Below, piece by piece: positions 8,438-18,930 of a stretch of DNA of 64,000 bases; position 1 is the first letter of the stretch, and the number at the start of each line of letters is the position of its first letter. The stretch is from Acidobacteriota bacterium (GTDB lineage Bacteria; Acidobacteriota; UBA6911; RPQK01; JAJDTT01), in the NCBI GenBank assembly GCA_965263035.1, contig OZ253580.1:3616001-3680000 (forward strand), in the 5' to 3' direction. The position numbers and the translations under genes were made by a program. The notes under the pieces were generated by a model. It was not told the origin of the DNA. It worked only from the letters and a program-made list of their open reading frames with translations, and searched no databases.

Positions 8438-11400
8438 GTCTTCCCGACCTGGCGATCCGGCGTCCCGTCTTCATCATCGTCGTCTTCCTCATCGTCGCCC
8501 TCATGGGCGGGATCTCCTTTCTCAATCTCCCCGTCGACCTGATGCCGGACGTCACTTTTCCCACGATCAGCGTGACCACCACCTATCAGGGCGTGGGGCC
8601 ACGGGAGATCGAAGAACTGATCACCATTCCTCTGGAACGGACCCTGGCCTCCACTCCCGGCATCAAGGAAATGACCTCCCGGTCCTCCGAGGGGACCAGC
8701 CGCGTGCGGGTCTCGTTCGAGTGGGGAGTGGACCTGGAGGCAGGAGCCGAAGAACTCCGCGCCCGGATCGACCGCATTCGTGGACAGTTGCCCGAGGATG
8801 CGGATCCTCCGACCTTGTACAAGTACGATCTGAGCATCTTCCCCATCATGTTTCTGGGAATCTCCAGCGAGATGCCCCCCAGGGAGTTGCGTGAATTCGC
8901 GGAAAAGCAGATCCAGTACCGGTTCGAGAGGATTTCCGGCGTGGCCCAGGCCGATATCTGGGGAGGCCTGGAGCGTGAGATCCACGTGGTGATGGACCGG
9001 GCCAAGATGCATACCCTCCGCATCAGCCCGGCCCAGGTCATGGCCGCACTGCGCCGCGAGAATCTGAACGAGCCTGCCGGACACGTCATCGAGGACACGT
9101 TCGAAGTGCTGATGCGAACCGAGGGCGAGTACGCCTCGATGGACGAGATCCGGCGAACCATGGTGACCATCCGGCAGGGCACCCCCATCTATATCGAGGA
9201 CATCGCCACGGTCGAGGACAGCCATCAGGAAATTCGGCATATGGTGCGGGTCAACGGTGTCCCGGGCATCAGGATGGGCGTCCGCAAGCAGTCCGGGGCC
9301 AACACCGTGACGGTGGCACGAGAGGTAGACAGGGCCATCGAGAGGATCAATCGGGACTATCCGCAGGTCCGGGTCTACTCCCTTTACGACACGTCCAAGT
9401 TCATCAGCCGGGCGGTGGCCAACGTGCGGGACGCGGCCTTCTATGGTTCGCTCCTCGCCGTCTTCATTCTCCTGGTGTTCCTGCGCAACTTCCGGAGTGT
9501 GCTGGTGGTGGCCATCTCCATCCCCATTTCGGTGCTGGCCGCCTTCGGTTTGATGTACTTCAGCGGGTTTACGTTGAACGTGATCACCTTCGGCGGTCTG
9601 GCACTGGGTGTCGGCGTGCTGGTGGACAACGCCATCGTCGTGCTGGAGAACATCTTCCGGCACCGGCAGGATGGCGAGGAGAAGAAGGCGGCGGCCCGCA
9701 ACGCAACCAAAGAAGTCGCTCTCGCCATCACTGCGTCGACCCTCACCACCATTGCCGTATTCCTGCCGGTCGTCTTCATGAGCGGCATGTCCGGTCTCAT
9801 GTTCCAGCAACTGGCCTGGGTGGTCTCCTTCTCGCTGTTCAGTTCCCTCCTGGTGTCGCTCACTCTGGTTCCCTTTCTCGCCAGCCGCTTCATTCGCGTC
9901 AGGGCACCCGAACGCAAAGGGTGGATCCATGCGGTCTCCCGAAAAAGCGGACAGTGGATGGAAGGATTGGACCGGAGCTATGAGGGCGTTCTCCGCTGGT
10001 CCCTGCGGCATCCGATCCTGATCGTTTCCTCCTGCGCCGTGCTGGTGCTGGGCGGGTTTCTGCTGTTGCCCTTCATCGGTCTCGAACTGCAGCCGGAGGC
10101 GGACGAGGGTCAGGTCCGGGTCCGGCTGGAGCTGGCGGAAGGGACCCGTCTGGAGGTGACGGACCAGTTCGCGCACGAGGCGGAGAAACTGGTGCGGGAG
10201 CTGGTTCCAGAACTCGACAACCTCCTGGTGGAGGTCGGTTCGCGCGGAGGTTGGCGAACGGCCAACACCAATACCGTGACTCTCCGGGTGTACTTGGTTC
10301 CGCTGGCGGAGCGGGAGCGGAGCAGCCAGCAGATCGCCGAGGCCCTGCGTCCGGTGTTCGCCAACTTCGAGGGAGTCGTTCCCCGTGTCCGCACCAGCGG
10401 CGGCAACTATGCCATGCGCTGGGCCACCGAGAGTGAAGGCGATCGCCTCTCCATCGACATTCGCGGTCACGACATGAACGAATGTTTCAACCTTGCCGTG
10501 CGGATCAAACGGATCATGGAGTCGCTGGAGGGAGTTTCCGACGCCGCCATCAGCAGGAGCCCGGGCCGGCCCGAAAGTCACATCCGGATCGATCGGGCCA
10601 AGGCCGCCACCATGGGTCTCACCGTCTCCAACGTCGCCACCACGGTGCGGGCCAGCATCGGGGGCACCGTGGCCGGCTACTTCCGGGAGGGAGGAGACGA
10701 GTACGAGATTCTGGTGCGCTACCGGGAAGAGGATCGGCTGAGCAGCGAGGACGTCCTGGCGATTCCCATCCAGACTCCGGCGGGTTCCGTGTTGCCGCTG
10801 CGCTCATTGGTGGCTCTGGACCGGAGTGAAGGACCCAATTCCATCTCCCGGAAGGATCAGCAGAGAATCGTCTCGGTCTCGGGAAACCTCTCGGGCACCC
10901 GCGACATGGGGTCGGTGGTACGTGAGCTGCAACAAGAGGTGCGGCCGCTGGCGATGTCTCCGGACATCGCGCTGGTCTTCTCGGGCGAGTGGGAGGAACA
11001 GGAGGAGGCCCGATTCCTGTTGCAGATCAGCTTCCTGCTGGCGGTGATCCTGGTCTATCTGGTGATGGCGGCCCAGTTCGAGTCGTTCAAGTACCCGTTT
11101 CTGATCATGTTCTCCATTCCGCTCGCCTTCATCGGAGTGATACTGGCGTTGTTTCTGACCCAGACGAACTTCAATCTCCAGGGCTTCATCGGCCTGATCA
11201 TGTTGGTCGGGATCGTGGTGAACAACGCCATCGTTCTGGTCGACTACGTCCTGCAGCTCCAACGCCGACACGGTCTGGCGCTGATGGACGCCCTGGTGAC
11301 GGGAGGCCGCCGCCGGCTTCGTCCGATCCTGATGACCACCCTGACCACGGTCCTGGGGCTCACTCCCATGGCGATAGGCATCGGCGAAGGCGCCGAGCTT

Positions 11401-11565
11401 CAGGTCCCCATGGCCCGCGTCCTCATCGGCGGCTTGATCTCTTCCACCTTCATGACCCTTTTTCTGATCCCCACCCTATTTCTCATCCTGGAGCGGCTGT
11501 GGAGTTTCCGCCGCCGGGAGACGCCGAATCTGGTTTTGGGCCAGCCCTCAAGTGTGACGAATTAG
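8434..11565 (+). CDS. RND efflux permease (AcrB/AcrD/AcrF family)
   Basis: 1043 aa; AIRRPV start, [45 protein letters not shown]. Confidence 0.97.
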   Translation: MSLPDLAIRRPVFIIVVFLIVALMGGISFLNLPVDLMPDVTFPTISVTTTYQGVGPREIEELITIPLERTLASTPGIKEMTSRSSEGTSRVRVSFEWGVDLEAGAEELRARIDRIRGQLPEDADPPTLYKYDLSIFPIMFLGISSEMPPRELREFAEKQIQYRFERISGVAQADIWGGLEREIHVVMDRAKMHTLRISPAQVMAALRRENLNEPAGHVIEDTFEVLMRTEGEYASMDEIRRTMVTIRQGTPIYIEDIATVEDSHQEIRHMVRVNGVPGIRMGVRKQSGANTVTVAREVDRAIERINRDYPQVRVYSLYDTSKFISRAVANVRDAAFYGSLLAVFILLVFLRNFRSVLVVAISIPISVLAAFGLMYFSGFTLNVITFGGLALGVGVLVDNAIVVLENIFRHRQDGEEKKAAARNATKEVALAITASTLTTIAVFLPVVFMSGMSGLMFQQLAWVVSFSLFSSLLVSLTLVPFLASRFIRVRAPERKGWIHAVSRKSGQWMEGLDRSYEGVLRWSLRHPILIVSSCAVLVLGGFLLLPFIGLELQPEADEGQVRVRLELAEGTRLEVTDQFAHEAEKLVRELVPELDNLLVEVGSRGGWRTANTNTVTLRVYLVPLAERERSSQQIAEALRPVFANFEGVVPRVRTSGGNYAMRWATESEGDRLSIDIRGHDMNECFNLAVRIKRIMESLEGVSDAAISRSPGRPESHIRIDRAKAATMGLTVSNVATTVRASIGGTVAGYFREGGDEYEILVRYREEDRLSSEDVLAIPIQTPAGSVLPLRSLVALDRSEGPNSISRKDQQRIVSVSGNLSGTRDMGSVVRELQQEVRPLAMSPDIALVFSGEWEEQEEARFLLQISFLLAVILVYLVMAAQFESFKYPFLIMFSIPLAFIGVILALFLTQTNFNLQGFIGLIMLVGIVVNNAIVLVDYVLQLQRRHGLALMDALVTGGRRRLRPILMTTLTTVLGLTPMAIGIGEGAELQVPMARVLIGGLISSTFMTLFLIPTLFLILERLWSFRRRETPNLVLGQPSSVTN

Positions 11566-11584
11566 GGATTGCGAAGTTCTTCTT

Positions 11585-12643
11585 TCACTGCTTTTCCGAA
11601 CTGATTCTCGCGGCCAGGTTCCTCATGGCGGCGGCGGCTTCGTCCACATCCTCCGCGTTGATGTCCAGATAGGTGACGGCTCTCACAAAGGGCCCCGGCG
11701 TGCTGACCCGGACTCCCTCCTCCTCTTCCAGGCGCCGGACGAACTCGGGCGATGAGACACCCAGTCCGGAAACATCGAAACGCACGATGTTGGTCTCCAC
11801 AGAAGCCAGGTCGATGTCGAGTCCTGGAATCTCGGCGATCTGGCGGGCCAGCCGCCGGGCATTCTCGTGGTCTTCTGCCAGTCGGGGGATATGGTGGCGA
11901 AGGGCATGGATCCCGGCCGCGGCGATGATCCCGGATTGGCGCATGGCCCCGCCGATGCGCTGCTTCCACTGCCAGGCCTCCTCGATGAACTCCCGGCTTC
12001 CGGCGAGGACGGCGCCTACCGGAGCGCCCAGACCCTTGCTCAGGTCGATCCAGACGGAATCCAGGGTGGCGGCGTAATCGGCGACGTCGATCCCGCTGGC
12101 CACCGAGGCGTTGAAGAGCCGGGCGCCGTCCATGTGGGTTCCCAATCCCCACTCGTGAGCGATTCGGCAGACCTCCCGCAACTGCTCCAGAGGCCAGATG
12201 CGCCCGCCCGGGGCATTGACCGTCTGCTCGATGGAGACGACGCGGATGGTGGGCCGGTACCGGCTGGGAGGGAACATCAGCGCTTCCACCTGCTCCGGCG
12301 TGAACATTCCGTTCGGCCCGTCGATGGGATAAGCCGTGGCCGCCGCCAGCACCGCTGTCCCTCCCGACTCGGCGATGAGGGGATGGGCGGTGCGGTCCAG
12401 CAGGATCACGTCTCCCGGCCGGCAGTGGACCGCCAGGCCGATCTGGTTGCACATGGTTCCCGAGGGGAGGAAGACCGCGTCCTCCTTTCCCAGCATCTCC
12501 GCCACCATTTCCTGGAGCTCGTTGGCGGAGGGGTCCTCACCCTTCTGCTCGTCCCCCACTGGGGCAAAACAGGCGAAACGGCGCATCTCCGGGGTAGGCA
12601 GGCTCAAAGTGTCGCTGTAGAGATCGATCCTGATTTCGGGCAT
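11585..12643 (-). CDS. ltaE: Low-specificity L-threonine aldolase family PLP enzyme
   Basis: IDLYSDT, LPSGTMCNQI, HMDGARLFNA, DLSKGLGAPVG (PLP lysine), GGAMRQSG. Confidence 0.9.
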   Translation of the reverse strand: MPEIRIDLYSDTLSLPTPEMRRFACFAPVGDEQKGEDPSANELQEMVAEMLGKEDAVFLPSGTMCNQIGLAVHCRPGDVILLDRTAHPLIAESGGTAVLAAATAYPIDGPNGMFTPEQVEALMFPPSRYRPTIRVVSIEQTVNAPGGRIWPLEQLREVCRIAHEWGLGTHMDGARLFNASVASGIDVADYAATLDSVWIDLSKGLGAPVGAVLAGSREFIEEAWQWKQRIGGAMRQSGIIAAAGIHALRHHIPRLAEDHENARRLARQIAEIPGLDIDLASVETNIVRFDVSGLGVSSPEFVRRLEEEEGVRVSTPGPFVRAVTYLDINAEDVDEAAAAMRNLAARISSEKQ

Positions 12644-12647
12644 CGGT

Positions 12648-13388
12648 TTACTCCTGGTTCTTGAGGATTCCGGTGGGGATGAGCATGGAGACCCGTTCCC
12701 GGTACCGGCGGTAATCGTCCCCGTGCCGAGTCACCAGATCCCGCTCTTCCAGAGGAACGGCCAGGAGGATGTAACCGGTTGTGGCCGCGGCGAACATCAG
12801 GTGTCCCGCGCTCATCACGGGAGTGGCCCAAAAGGCGATGATGAGTCCCAGCATGAGAGGATGACGGACGAGTCGATAGAATCCCGGCATTCGAAAGCGG
12901 TCGCGTGAAACGTCCCGGCCCTTGAACCGAACGTAGGTCTGACGCAGGCCGAACAGATCGAGGTGGTCGATCATGGCGGCGGAAAGGACCACGATCCCCC
13001 ACCCCAACCAGGAAAGTCCGGTCAGAAACAGGACTCCGGCTCCATGCTTCACCTGCCAGACCGGTTCGGGAACGGGCCGCCACTGCCAGAACAACAGCAG
13101 CAGGGCGCCGCTGGTAAAGAGAACGTAGGTGCTGCGCTCCACCGACTTGGGCACGATCCTGGTCCAGGCGGCCTTGAATCGGGGACGGGCCATGATGCTG
13201 TGCTGAAGGGCGAAGAGACCCAGCAGCCCGGCATTGACCGAAACCGCATCCGCCAAGGGATATGGAGTCCCGGAGTCGATGCTCTTGGGGACGATCACAT
13301 TTCCCACGAATCCGATGGTGTAGAGAACGGTAACGAGGGAGACGGCGTAGGCAATGGCTCCATAGAAAAGCGCTACGAATCCACCCAT
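12648..13388 (-). CDS. mddA: Methanethiol S-methyltransferase (MddA; ICMT/NnrU-like membrane methyltransferase)
   Basis: LYTIGFVGNVIVPKSID, LFALQHSIMARP.FK..WTRIVP..VERSTYVL, LFWQWRP, DLFGLRQ, VRHPLMLG, FWATP.M and EERDL all match MddA-type proteins. Confidence 0.85.
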   Translation of the reverse strand: MGGFVALFYGAIAYAVSLVTVLYTIGFVGNVIVPKSIDSGTPYPLADAVSVNAGLLGLFALQHSIMARPRFKAAWTRIVPKSVERSTYVLFTSGALLLLFWQWRPVPEPVWQVKHGAGVLFLTGLSWLGWGIVVLSAAMIDHLDLFGLRQTYVRFKGRDVSRDRFRMPGFYRLVRHPLMLGLIIAFWATPVMSAGHLMFAAATTGYILLAVPLEERDLVTRHGDDYRRYRERVSMLIPTGILKNQE

Positions 13389-13408
13389 GAGTCCGATTCC
13401 ATGGCCAG

Positions 13409-13569
13409 CAGCCCGTGGTAAAAGTCGTCACGGCATTCGACCGGGTCTGCATCGTGCGCGGACTGCGTTGCACCTCGGTCACATAGGGTCGAATATGCTC
13501 CCTCACCGCGCCTGGTCCGGCGGGCGCAGGAACGGTCTCGGTGCTACGCGGGACTTTCACCACGGACTG
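13409..13569 (+). mobile_element. MITE family A, copy 1 (161 bp)
   Basis: Terminal inverted repeats CAGCCCGTGGTAAAAGTC ... GACTTTCACCACGGACTG (16/18). Flanked by the 4-bp direct repeat CCAG (13405-13408, 13570-13573). Confidence 0.9.
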
Positions 13570-13796
13570 CCAGGTGACAGACGACCACCAGAAACAATCG
13601 CCGCATTCCGGCAGTATTCTACTCCCTGCCGCGTCCGGCGGTCATCTCAGGCCGTCAATTGCGGGCCGACGACCGGGAAACGATGAGCTCTCCCACCGGC
13701 AGGCGTCTCCGAGCGCATGCCCTCTCGTTTCCCACTCCTGGTTCCCCACTCCTCTCCGGCCTGTTTGACTCAAATGGGGAAAAACCGCAAGGTCAA

Positions 13797-13955
13797 CAGC
13801 CCGTGGCAAAAGTCGTCGCGGCATTCGACCGTCCCTGCATCGCGCGCGGACTGCGTTGCGACTCGGTCACATACTCACGGTATGCTCCCTCATCGCGCCT
13901 GGTCCGGCGGGCGCAGGAACGGTCTCGGTGCTCGCGGGACTTTCACCACGGACTG
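13797..13955 (+). mobile_element. MITE family A, copy 2 (159 bp)
   Basis: Same TIRs and internal sequence as copy 1. Flanked by the 4-bp direct repeat TCAA (13793-13796, 13956-13959). Confidence 0.9.
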
Positions 13956-13997
13956 TCAACGGCGATCCGGTCACTGCCGGATGAGGAGGCGTCACCT

Positions 13998-15473
13998 ATG
14001 AGCTTGCGACTCGGGATTTGGATCGGGCTTATTGCCTGGATCGTCCAAACGGCTCTTTTTTCTGTGTCCGGTCTGCAGGCTGGAACTCGCGCCGACGGTG
14101 GCCGGGTGGTCCAGGTCGGGCCGGAGTATGACCTGGAAGAATTGTTCCTCCACGACGACAGGATCGTGGACCGGACCGAGGGTCTGGTGTTGACTCCGGC
14201 GGCGGTGCGAAGGCATCCGGGGAACCCGATCCTGGTCAAGGATCGACCCTGGGAGGTAGGGATCCTCAATTACACCTGCGTGCTGCAGGACCGGGAAGAG
14301 GGGCTCTTCAAGATGTGGTACCAGATCATACGGCCCAAGCCGGGCGGAGGCGGGAACGAGAGCTGGTGCCTGTACGCCACCTCTCCCGACGGACTGGTCT
14401 GGGAAAAGCCGGATCTGGGAATCGTGGAGCACGACGGTTCCGCCCGCAACAACATCCTCTTCTACGAGCATGAAGGGATCCGCGGAACCCCCTCCTACTG
14501 GGTGGAGAAGGACTATGCCGCCTCCGATCCCTCCCGCCGGTACAAGATGATGTTGCAGCGTTGGGACTTTCGGGGGCGCTCCGCGGCCATGGCCCATTCC
14601 CCCGACGGAATCCATTGGACCAGTCCCCGCTTCGGCAACCGGCTGGGCCCCTTCGATACCCGGAACATCTTCTTCTGGGACGACATCGCCGGAGCCTATG
14701 TGGGTTACTTTCGAAGTCACGTGGGTGGCCGGCGTTCAATTTCCCGGGCGACCAGTCCTGACGGCTACCACTGGTCACGGCCGGTGACCGTGCACACTCC
14801 CGACGAGCGGGATTCGCCCACCTGGCACCTCTACACCCCGGGAATCTTCAAGTACTCGGGGGCGCGTCACACCTACTTCATGCTCACCGCGGGCTTCGAC
14901 GAGGTGTCCCACGCCATGTACGGAGAGCTGGGAGTGAGCCGGGACGGTATCGAGTGGCATCGTTTCCGTCAGCCTTTTCTGGGGACTTCCCGCAAGGGTG
15001 AGTGGGACGGCGGACACGTCATGCCCATTCCCGCCGACGCGTCCATCGGAGACGAGACCGCTCTCTTCTATCAGGGCAGCACCACACCCGCCCACGACTC
15101 TACGGGGAGGCGCGGTATCGGTGTCGCCTTCCTGGATCGAGGCGCCTTCGTGGGCTGGAAGGCAGCTTCCCAAGGGCAGCTTCTCACTCACCGTCTACGG
15201 ATTCGGGACAACCAGAGCCGTTTCTACCTCAACGCCGACGCCGGAGAGGGATCCATTCGGGCCGAGTTGCTGAACGCCTCGGGACAGGTCCTGGAGGGTT
15301 TCTCCCGAGAAGACTGCCAGCCCATCCGGGGACGGGGAAGCCGGCTTCCGGTTCTTTGGACCGGACAGAAGAGGCTGAAGCAGCACCTCCGCCGCGGAAC
15401 GGTTCGGCTCAAGCTCTACCTGGAAAAGGCGACCGTGTATGGCTTCTACTGCCGCCGTCCTCCTCGTCGCTGA
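13998..15473 (+). CDS. Secreted five-bladed beta-propeller (GH32/GH43-like) hypothetical protein
   Basis: GAGGAGG RBS before ATG 13998; signal peptide; HPGNPIL..PWE, FKMWY, YATSPDGLVWEKPDLG..GS.RNN, SRDG.EW. The upstream ORF extension is MITE-derived. Confidence 0.75.
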   Translation: MSLRLGIWIGLIAWIVQTALFSVSGLQAGTRADGGRVVQVGPEYDLEELFLHDDRIVDRTEGLVLTPAAVRRHPGNPILVKDRPWEVGILNYTCVLQDREEGLFKMWYQIIRPKPGGGGNESWCLYATSPDGLVWEKPDLGIVEHDGSARNNILFYEHEGIRGTPSYWVEKDYAASDPSRRYKMMLQRWDFRGRSAAMAHSPDGIHWTSPRFGNRLGPFDTRNIFFWDDIAGAYVGYFRSHVGGRRSISRATSPDGYHWSRPVTVHTPDERDSPTWHLYTPGIFKYSGARHTYFMLTAGFDEVSHAMYGELGVSRDGIEWHRFRQPFLGTSRKGEWDGGHVMPIPADASIGDETALFYQGSTTPAHDSTGRRGIGVAFLDRGAFVGWKAASQGQLLTHRLRIRDNQSRFYLNADAGEGSIRAELLNASGQVLEGFSREDCQPIRGRGSRLPVLWTGQKRLKQHLRRGTVRLKLYLEKATVYGFYCRRPPRR

Positions 15474-15536
15474 GGTGCGGGGCAGGGGATAGAGACCGGA
15501 ACCCGGCCGCAGGACCAGCCTGAAAAGGATGGGTTC

Positions 15537-17288
15537 ATGAATCGTTGTCAGAAATACCTCCTGATTTTGTCCACCTTGCTGCTGTCCGGTTTTTCCTGCC
15601 AGGCACCACAGGAAGCTGAGCCGATGCTGCGTCCGGCGCCCAACTGGCCGCCCCGGATCATCTACAACACCGACGGCAACTGGGCCTTCAACTATCTGAC
15701 CACCCGCGATCCCAAGGACCTGACGGTGATTCTGGATGCTCTCCAGGGAACCGCCGTGGACGTCGTCACGGTCCTGGTGGGCATCAACGACGATCTCTCC
15801 TGGCGCGGAAGCCCGCATGGTCAGCTTTGGGGAGACAACATCGAGGATTGGGACCCGGACGACGATACCGCCGCGGCCTCGGTGGGCGGCATGAGCATGT
15901 CCGACGTGGAGCGCCTGCACCAGAATTTGGCCGCGGTGGTCGACGACGGTCACGACCTCTTGAAGATCTACCTCGACCGTGCTCGGGCGCTGAAGCTGGG
16001 AATGTTCGCCTCCTTCCGCATGAACGACGCTCACGTCAATCTCGAGGACCGGGGCTGGTACGGCCGATCCACCCAGAAGCTGGAGAGGACCGACCTGCTC
16101 CTGGGCCATCCGGTCTGGTGGGGAGCCGGGTCCGCCGACAAGTGGAAGTTCTCCTGGCAGTGGAACTACGCCAAGGAGGAGGTGCGAGGCCGCTTTCTGG
16201 GTCTTTTCGAGGAGGTCTTGGACCGCTACGACTTCGACGGACTGGAGTTGGATTTCGGCCGGGGCTATCTCCTGTTTCGAACCGGGGAGCGGTTCAAGAA
16301 CCTCCCGACGCTGACCCAATTCATGCGGAACGCCAGAGAAATCGTGAGGAGGAAGCAGTTGGAAAAGGGCCGGGAGATCAAGCTCGTCACTCGTGTTCCC
16401 GTCAGCATCGACGCCGCTCTGGAGTTGGGTTTCGATCTCGAGACCTGGATCCGGGAAGGGCTCGTGGATGCGGTGATCCTGGGCTCTCCTTCCTATTGCA
16501 TGCAGCGCATCGACGTCGAAAGGGCTGTCAAGGCCGCTTCCGAGAGTGGGGTTCTGGTCTACACCGGATTCGATTCCTCGACCCACGCGACCTCGCCCCA
16601 GGGGGGGTACGAGCGGAATCCCGTCACGGTATTGAGGGCATCGGCGTTGAACGGATATAAACAGGGTGCCGCCGGGGTCCATCTTTTCAACTACGACTAT
16701 CGAGGTCATCGCCAGCGGCCCGTTCCGGAAGGCACCGAGGTGGTGGCCAAGCCGGCGGGCACCGGCATGAGGGGCTATTTCACGGCATCGGATCTTCAGG
16801 ACCTGAAAGACTTGGGGGACGCACTGGCTTTGGAGCGGTTGGACCGCTGCTACTATGCCGAGACTCGCGCCATGAACTTCCCGGGGGACTATCCGCCGCA
16901 GGTGCCGCAGCAATTGTCTCTGGTGGGCCGCGGTGCCGGGCCGGCCCATGCCATTCGGATCCGGGTGGATGATGACATCGCCGCGGGCCTGACCGACGGC
17001 AGAATCCGGAAAACCGAGTTGCGGCTGCGTCTGACCCACGTGGAGAAGTCTTTCGGGCGTGTCCGCTGCGAACTCAACGGGAAACAAGTCGATCTGTCCT
17101 CCGCCGGACGAATCCGGAACCAGAAGGGAGAAGAGTGGCTGGTAGTGGAGAACCCGCCGGTCCGAGGGGGAGTCAACACCGTCCTCGTGGTCCTGGAAGG
17201 GACGAAGACCCCGGCGGAGCACACCGGTCGGCACGCGCCCTGGCCCACGCTCGAGAGCTGCGAGATCATCATCAAGACGGAGTCGTGA
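15537..17288 (+). CDS. Lipoprotein, GHL10/DUF187-like TIM-barrel glycoside-hydrolase-like family
   Basis: Lipobox-like GFSC; RIIYNTDG, FASFRMNDAH, NYAKEEVR, YDFDGLELDF, W.REGLVD, GAAGVHLFNY. Confidence 0.7.
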   Translation: MNRCQKYLLILSTLLLSGFSCQAPQEAEPMLRPAPNWPPRIIYNTDGNWAFNYLTTRDPKDLTVILDALQGTAVDVVTVLVGINDDLSWRGSPHGQLWGDNIEDWDPDDDTAAASVGGMSMSDVERLHQNLAAVVDDGHDLLKIYLDRARALKLGMFASFRMNDAHVNLEDRGWYGRSTQKLERTDLLLGHPVWWGAGSADKWKFSWQWNYAKEEVRGRFLGLFEEVLDRYDFDGLELDFGRGYLLFRTGERFKNLPTLTQFMRNAREIVRRKQLEKGREIKLVTRVPVSIDAALELGFDLETWIREGLVDAVILGSPSYCMQRIDVERAVKAASESGVLVYTGFDSSTHATSPQGGYERNPVTVLRASALNGYKQGAAGVHLFNYDYRGHRQRPVPEGTEVVAKPAGTGMRGYFTASDLQDLKDLGDALALERLDRCYYAETRAMNFPGDYPPQVPQQLSLVGRGAGPAHAIRIRVDDDIAAGLTDGRIRKTELRLRLTHVEKSFGRVRCELNGKQVDLSSAGRIRNQKGEEWLVVENPPVRGGVNTVLVVLEGTKTPAEHTGRHAPWPTLESCEIIIKTES

Positions 17289-17313
17289 CCTGCGCCACGC
17301 CACGCTTGGTATC

Positions 17314-18882
17314 TTGACGGTCGTTCTGGGAGTCGGGTCTTCCGGATCCGTGCTTCCCGGAACGCCGTCGCCGGAAGACCCGCCCCCGGCACTGCTGGAC
17401 CGGCCCGTGTGTCCGGACATCGGTTCCCGGTTGGAGATCTTCGTCGACTACTTCCTGGTCGATCGGCTGCAGGGAGTGCGCCTCAAGCTGCATCATCCCC
17501 GGCCGGCGGAGGTCGTGATTCGGAAGGACCGCCCTTGGGAGGGCGAGCACGGTTTCGGCCAGGACGTGATCCGGGACGGTGATCGGTACCTGATGTACTA
17601 CTTTTCGGACGGTCGCATGAGTTACGCGGAGAGCCGGGACGGCGTCCAATGGACCAAGCCGTCGCTGGGCCTCATCGAAGTCGACGGTAGCCGTGAGAAC
17701 AATCTGGTGGGGACGGCGGACGGCCAGGAACTCTACGAGCACAAGACCGAACCCTCCGCCCGCTTCTTCCTGGACCGGAGACCGGGTGTGCCCGCCGGGG
17801 AGCGGTTCAAGGCCCTGAAGTTGAACGAGGGAGGACGGGCCCATCCCACGCCGGAGGACGAGGCCCGGAAGTTCACGTTGGACGACCGAGGACTCTGGCT
17901 GGGCAGCCCCACCGACGTGATTGCCTTCGTTTCCGGCGACGGCAAGGCTTGGACCAGGCTCCGGGACGAGCCGATTCTGAGGGACAGCACCTACGGGAAG
18001 TTCGACGGCGACTACTCGCTGTTCTGGTCGGAGTCCGAGAACCGGTACCTGATCTACACCCGCTTCTACACCTCGCCGACTCGCCCGGCCGGAAGGCGAT
18101 CCATCGGACGGCTCACCTCTCCCGACCGGTTCGACTGGTCCCGGTTGGAGCCCATGACCTTCGGCGGCGAGGGCGCCATTCCCGAGAATCAGCTCTATAT
18201 CAACAAGACCCAGCCCTACTACCGGGCTCCCCACATCTATCTCGCCTTTCCCGCGCGTCTGATGGAGGGACGGCAAGCCCTCAGCGACGAACAAGTCCGA
18301 GCGGCGGCCCGCCAGGAAGGAATCCCGGTGGAACGCTGGCAGGACTGTTCGGAAACGGTCCTCATGAGCACCCGCGGAGGGACCCGGTACGACACCACCT
18401 TTCGCGAGGGCTTCATCCGACCGGGCAGGGGAGCGCTGAACTGGAAGACCCGGACCACCTACGCGCTCCAGGGCGTCGTTCCCACCGGCATAGAGGAGAT
18501 GTCCATCTACGTCACCCGGGCGGCCGGAACGCCCTCCTGGCACGTCCGCCGGTATGTCCTGCGGGTGGACGGGTTCGCGTCGGTGAACGCCCCCTACTCG
18601 GGCGGGGAGATGGTCACAAGGCTCTTCACCTTCTCGGGACGGGAACTGGTCCTGAACTATTCCACGTCGGCGGCGGGGAGCGTCCGGGTCAAAATCCAGG
18701 ATGCCGCGGGAAAGCCGGTTCCCGGCTACGCCCTGACCGACTCCATCGAGATCATCGGGGACCAGATCGAACGGGTCGTGTCCTGGACCGGAGGCAGCGA
18801 CGTCTCCTCTCTGGAGGGCCGGCCGGTCCGGCTCCGGTTCGCCATGAAGGATGCCGATCTCTATTCGTTACGCTTTCGGTAG
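17314..18882 (+). CDS. Five-bladed beta-propeller (GH32/GH43-like) hypothetical protein
   Basis: DIGSRLEIFVD, DRPWEG, YAESRDGVQWTKPSLG..GS.ENN, LRVDGFASV, LNYSTSAAGSVRV, VRLRFAMKDADLYSLRF. Start uncertain (TTG). Confidence 0.75.
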   Translation: MTVVLGVGSSGSVLPGTPSPEDPPPALLDRPVCPDIGSRLEIFVDYFLVDRLQGVRLKLHHPRPAEVVIRKDRPWEGEHGFGQDVIRDGDRYLMYYFSDGRMSYAESRDGVQWTKPSLGLIEVDGSRENNLVGTADGQELYEHKTEPSARFFLDRRPGVPAGERFKALKLNEGGRAHPTPEDEARKFTLDDRGLWLGSPTDVIAFVSGDGKAWTRLRDEPILRDSTYGKFDGDYSLFWSESENRYLIYTRFYTSPTRPAGRRSIGRLTSPDRFDWSRLEPMTFGGEGAIPENQLYINKTQPYYRAPHIYLAFPARLMEGRQALSDEQVRAAARQEGIPVERWQDCSETVLMSTRGGTRYDTTFREGFIRPGRGALNWKTRTTYALQGVVPTGIEEMSIYVTRAAGTPSWHVRRYVLRVDGFASVNAPYSGGEMVTRLFTFSGRELVLNYSTSAAGSVRVKIQDAAGKPVPGYALTDSIEIIGDQIERVVSWTGGSDVSSLEGRPVRLRFAMKDADLYSLRFR

Positions 18883-18897
18883 GACGAACCGGTCCTC

Positions 18898-18927
18898 CGG
18901 AGCGAGTCGGAGCGGCCCCTCGCTCCG
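18898..18927. terminator. Hairpin between convergent genes
   Basis: CGGAGCGAG ... CTCGCTCCG 9-bp perfect stem between stops at 18882 and 18931; no U-tract. Confidence 0.4.
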
Positions 18928-18930
18928 CCG

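Noticed and set aside
5182-10581. Long antisense or alternate-frame ORFs (e.g. 5182-7194 +, 8275-10581 -; also 15195-17420 -, 19018-20574 +, 39834-41531 +)
   Set aside because: They are shadows of well-supported genes in high-GC DNA, Arg/Pro/Gly-rich and without family motifs.
7298-11565. RND pump lacking an outer-membrane factor as a novelty
   Set aside because: Use of an unlinked TolC-type protein is common.
13409-13955. Two nearby direct repeats as a CRISPR array or a single composite element
   Set aside because: Units are about 160 bp, each with its own TIRs and a different target duplication; there are no cas genes and no spacer periodicity.
13659-13997. N-terminal ORF extensions in the track (13659, 20599, 30002, 31069, 33476, 40618, 54118, 57954)
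   Set aside because: They run through MITEs, the IS end, upstream genes or non-homologous intergenic DNA. Downstream starts have an RBS, a stop-start overlap or the onset of family homology.
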